Of a stretch of 64,000 bases of DNA, positions 59,154 to 64,000 are shown piece after piece. The stretch comes from Babesia bigemina. Its lineage: Eukaryota. The stretch covers positions 372,001-436,000 of the forward strand of contig NC_027220.1 of assembly GCF_000981445.1 (NCBI RefSeq). Reading direction: 5' to 3'. The translations under genes were made by a program, and so were the position numbers. Every line of letters begins with the position of its first letter. The stretch's first letter is position 1. The notes beneath the pieces were generated by a model, which saw nothing but the letters and a program-made list of their open reading frames with translations, was not told where the DNA came from and ran no database searches.

Positions 59154-59228
59154 TGGGGAATGAGGTAGCGGGTGCATGCATTTCTCACTCACGTAACGTT
59201 GGCCAATACACAGATTGTCATCCTTAAA

Positions 59229-61133
59229 ATGTCACTGCCAGCCACAATGTGGCGCTGTCGCTGGCTTTCGTCTGGCACTTCGACCAAAATATTGAAGACA
59301 AATGCCGCCACTAAAATGCACAACAAATTAGACCAATTGCTTCGATTAGGGGCGCAAGATGCGGCTGTAAAGCATCGAAACGAAGTTATGGACATAGCAA
59401 AGACTCTTCTGGAAAATCCGTTGAATGTGAACGAAGAGGCAGAGATCGTTGCCAAATTAAAGCGCTTCAAACAACTGGGCGAACCTTTCTGGCTAGATTA
59501 CATGTCTAGATTAGAAAACCGCATAAAGTCAACACACAACATAGCGCCTCCGAATCATAATCGCGAAGCTTCCGGTGCTGCAAGCGTTGGTAGGCTAGAC
59601 ACGAACATTCGTGGTTTATTGAAGTTGGCTAGATCACTCAGTGACGAAAATGTGTCATCGACAGCCGTTGCATCGTTTTTTGCAAAGTGGATTAAAAAAC
59701 ACATATACGACTTGGTACCGGGCCAGCTGGAATTATTAAACGGCCTACTTGAGTATATTTTACGTACTGGCCAACAAAATCAACTATCACCAGCGGATTT
59801 CGACCCCTTAGCCGAGTGCTCTTGGGAGGCTGAAACACATCTGCTTGTCGATACGTTGTACCTTCTAGGAAAACTTGGTATCAAGAACGACACTGTGCTC
59901 ACCACTGTAGGTAGAGCGATTCACAACGATATTGCGATTGGGAAATTGAGTGCATACCACAAAACGAAGCTTGCCAGAGCCTACGCTTTGCTCAAACACA
60001 GTCACATCACGTTCTATTCACATGTGGCCGAAGAACTCCGCGTAATATTTCAGGGGAAGGATATAGGAAAGTATTCAATGGCAGGTGTTACCAGGGGAAG
60101 CGATTACGTTGAAGGTCTAGGGTCAGCTGCGTTAGCTCATCCCAGCGGCGTTATATGTGAAATACTTCCGCGAATAAATACAGACTCAAACGTTGCCGGA
60201 CAGCAAGGTACAGCGGAATCGATCGCATTCAAAGGTTTGACGGAGCAGTTGTACAGTGATGGTCAAATCATTTATATCTTGGATTCCATGCTTTACCTAA
60301 ATCTGCATCATCTCGAGAGGTACTTTGTGAGATTGCTCTCCAGCGCGATCAAACACTGCTATACAACACAATCTCTAGCCCAGTTTGATGTGGAGCAGGT
60401 GGGCGATCCGTCGATTTTTGCAATGGCTTTCAGCTTCGGAGCGCAATCACACTGCTTGCTCAATGCGGGAAGACCGTGGATGACACTGTTGTGGAGTTCA
60501 TTTCACGAAGGTGGGTCGCATGACATATCGATATCATTGTTGTAGGTTCATGCAGTCATACGTCGACGGGCATGCCAGTAACGCCCAGCTGACACTTTTT
60601 CTAAAGGACCTTGTGAAATATACGCGTCACGTAACCAAGAAAGTAAATCGACGTGGGCGCACATGTTTCAAATCAGCGTTTCATGCGCCCACATGGTTAC
60701 GCAAACCCTTGTCTGAAATGGAGGACGCCCCAGGTGGAAATGCTGCGCCGTCGATGCTGGAGTCGTTGTGTACTGCAATCTGCCAAAATGTGCACAGGTG
60801 ATGCTATATCGTGATTGTAATATCTGCATACAGTTTCGAAATGGTCGATTTAACGTCCTGTATTCGGTCTGTGGCGTATTTAGGTTTGAGAAACGAGAAT
60901 TTCTTCAAGGCATTCATCCCCTTCTTCAAAGACAAGATCGCTTCGGTGAATCACCTCGGCATAACGAATTTGACCCAGGTACGTTTACAGCAGGGTGAAT
61001 TCAAGCTTTCCAGGCATTTATTAAAGCGCAAATCAGGGACGATCACCTGTTTTATCTTATGGGCCAGCAGCACCAATTATCTTTGCTTGCTGACGATAAA
61101 GCACACAAGTTATATGTCAAACGCATCGGGTAA
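59229..61133 (+). CDS. Hypothetical helical-repeat (HPR/OPR/FASTK-like) protein, probably mitochondrial (multi-exon)
   Basis: Presequence-like MSLPATMWRCRWLSSGTSTKILK. Repeats such as LLVDTLYLLGKLGIKNDTVL, KLARAYALLKHSHITFY, LTSCIRSVAYLGLRNENFF and ITNLTQAFIKAQIRDDHLF. The spliced end reads KLYVKRIG*. Confidence 0.6.
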
Positions 61134-61280
61134 TAATTTATGTGGTTTCTCATAAGCTGGGTTGCCGCGAAAGTCACTGTTACTCGCCGTCTCTATTTCT
61201 ACATATGCATTCTGATGATTATTACAAACCGTTGACAATCATGACATGGTATTTGCCCGTTCGAGATTGTTTATACTGCA

Positions 61281-64000
61281 TTACGTTTTGCCAAGATCGT
61301 AACGCCACAGCGTGTGTCGGCTTTGGTTTCTGTATGCCGCGATCCAAATCTGCGACATATGGTACTGCATTACGTCCGTTAGCGGTGATGGGGGTGGACT
61401 CGGTGCTTCAATATCCATAATAATTGCCAATGCAAGCGCCGATTTCGTTTGGTTGTCGGATTCGTATATCTCCCGTATTACGTTGGACACAACCAATGTA
61501 ACGGAATGGTTTCCGTATCCAGCCTGCAATAGGGTTATATTTAAATCTGCGTGACGCACCTTTGTATTGTTAAGTTCGTACATCGAGTTCAATTTGTATC
61601 CCATGAACGTTCTCAGTATTAAAGATAAAAATTCCAGAAGCTCAATCGTCTTCGGCCTCATTTCTTCTAGCCCGAGCAACTTGGAGGTGGCTGCAGCAAT
61701 TAGTTTACGGACGCCGGGACCTACCGTCAAATTTGGAGTCCTTGATGTCGAATAGCAAATCCTCAATGGGGGGCATTGTGCACGTGTTGACTATACAGTG
61801 TAAAAGAGTCATATTCTTGTCCAAGGTTTCCGGGGATAGTGCTGCCTTAATTATACTTAAGACCGCTGTCACCATTTGAATGAGCATCTGGCATTGTGCA
61901 TATCGATTATACAACGCATCTTACCAATGTATTTTGACGAGCAATATCTGCATGTATCATCTCCTGGCGGATGGCGCTTATTGCTGCGCCAGTAGCTGAT
62001 AACCAATGATGCAGATTCTTCAGTAAATTTTCGGCAGTTGACCTTTACGAAATTTGACAGTTTAGCGCATTACACCTACCGGCTGATTACTAAGTGCGTG
62101 GGAGTTAGCTCGTTGACCAGCAGGTGCAAAGAATTGACGAGTTGATGATCCTTTTGAGTCTGGATGTTCCTACAACTGCTTGTTGGCACCGTGAACACGC
62201 CTTACCATGCGAAGACCGCAATTATCATGCCGATTAAACTGTCGGAGTCTATGTATGTTTCATCAACATAATTTTCCTGAGTCTGATTTTGGGTCATTTG
62301 ATGAAACCAATACCTTTTTATGAATGATGTAGTGAACCAGGATATTAACCAAAGTCCTGATAAGGGGGGATCTGGATACCAAATGATGTGGGCACTTTTC
62401 ATGGGCGTGTCCGGATGTCTTGCCTCTGATGGCCTCCTTTTTCATAGCCGAATGTTTCTTGATGGTGCTCATAACTTCCCTGATGAATGACCCAGGTTTC
62501 AGATAGAATGTTAAAGCAAAAGTTTTGTCGCACGACAACATATCGATGAGTATGAGCCAGAGTTCGTTGCTACACGTCATGGACGGACTTAAATTATCCA
62601 GTGCCTTGGCCATGGCGACCATCAACCCCTGAGGCAATTGTTCGCTGAACAATAATGAATGATGTATATTATTTAGTGATTTATGAGGAATAGCCGTCGG
62701 CTGGGAAATATTGGCTTCCGTTTCTTCTATGAATTCATCAGTGTGGCTTGATCCAGTGAGACTTAACGTTCCGGTACTGTACTCAAACGTTTTAAAACGC
62801 TCAGCCATTTCCTCGGTTTTGCTTAAAAACACATATTCTTTGCCTGCACCAATCATAATCAACATTAACAATGTAACGTTGTCACGCAGCACGTTGAGGT
62901 GCCTCTTCCATGCGTTCTGCGGTGAAGTTGATAGAAGACGGATCAAACACCATGCCATATCTTCCACCCCCCTGGATCCAATTGCATCCCTAAGCGAATC
63001 CATAGATGCGTATATCATAGGAGCGTCCCTTTTCAAGAAATAATCAACAACGGGTTCTATTGCATTGGGGGGCAGATCAGACGGCACGTTTACAAAAAGT
63101 TGCGAACGTACGCACTCCACATGAATGTAATAGAATGGCGCTACTGACCTTACAGTCTTGGGAACATTCTTTATACATGTAAACATGGGTGAAATTTCCG
63201 CCGTTCTCCGTTTGTCAATGCACGTGTTTACGTACGGCGCCATAACGATGCTAGACAGCAAAATGACCAACACATCGGTTGCCATGGATTGCGATGCCTT
63301 AATAAAAGTTGCATGCGAAGTCGACGACGGCGTTATATCCGTTGTAATGTAGGCATGTAAGGCAACTAATAGCCTTTGTAAGTGTGACGCACGTCCTGAT
63401 CCCCCATAAGCAACACTGCAAAATGGCAATGCCATGAATTCCGCAGCCCCTTGCGCACGTTTCAGCAATTCAACGACGCACGTTAGGGAGAATATGCGCA
63501 TTCTGTGATCTATAAAGCAGAATCCCCGGCGTAAAGCGTGTGTGGTACAGTCGGACCATGCATTAAGGGCTTCTTCCATAATGGCGTTATTGATAGATTC
63601 CAAAGACCCATCGACATTCACCGGAACATTGATTGGTTCCTTTTCCGTGCTCATGCGCAATCTAAGGGTCCGAATAATTTCAGAATTCTCTTCATAGATC
63701 TGCGACGAGGTGACGGTCGAGGGACACGGACATGGCGCAACCTCGCTGCTTGTGCCATCAACATCCTCCTCTTCAACCGCAGTGCCAATATAATTACATT
63801 CTTCTGCAGTAGCTTCCACACTGGGGTTGCTATTTTCTTTTTCTAATCCGGGTTGCGGTTGGTCTTGCCCTGAAAGATTTTCAGCATCGTCATCGCCATG
63901 TACAACGTTTTGACGTTGACTCGTCACCGAAATATCCGTTACATCTTGGGCGTTCAATTTAAATATGGCTTGCGAGCTCCATTCCAAATAGTAGGGGAGG
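61281..64000 (-). CDS. Large hypothetical helical protein, 3' part (multi-exon; starts beyond the right end; exact 3' end uncertain)
   Basis: 574-aa ORF 62263-63987 is followed by further minus-strand ORFs (61705-61914, 61281-61766) separated by intron-like gaps. Confidence 0.65.

Noticed and set aside
1..64000. CRISPR arrays, tRNA/rRNA genes and prokaryotic defence systems
   Set aside because: None recognised. The sequence is eukaryotic and no regularly spaced nucleotide repeats were seen. Small ncRNAs cannot be excluded without a covariance-model search.

Overview
Eukaryotic, intron-containing DNA from a piroplasmid apicomplexan. The ves/VESA1-family, 6-Cys, apicoplast phosphate translocator and ClpR genes and the short GT-AG introns point to Babesia, most like the B. 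bigemina/B. ovata group (inferred from gene families). Housekeeping blocks (about 3.9-25.6 kb and 44-64 kb) encode an Sfi1-like protein, a NOL1/NOP2/Sun methyltransferase, Vps51, a five-exon Vta1 missed by the ORF track, an ankyrin-HDAC, two TPT-family translocators, a 14-repeat RCC1 protein with an IQGAP/RasGAP-like C-terminus, Prp5/DDX46, Fhit, ClpR and a helical-repeat protein. Between them is an accessory island (about 26-43.4 kb): a 6-Cys gene, a decayed 5'-truncated non-LTR retrotransposon fragment (restriction-like endonuclease C-terminus, hairpin-rich 3' end, short TAA tail), a 3075-aa VESA1-like gene with two internal repeat arrays, a probable RAP-1-like pseudogene and a TPT fragment. 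The left end holds an MFS transporter start and a short ves-like gene. The retroelement relic and the RCC1-GAP-like fusion are the most notable items. No tRNA, rRNA or CRISPR array was recognised. All family calls come from manual translation and remembered motifs, not database searches.
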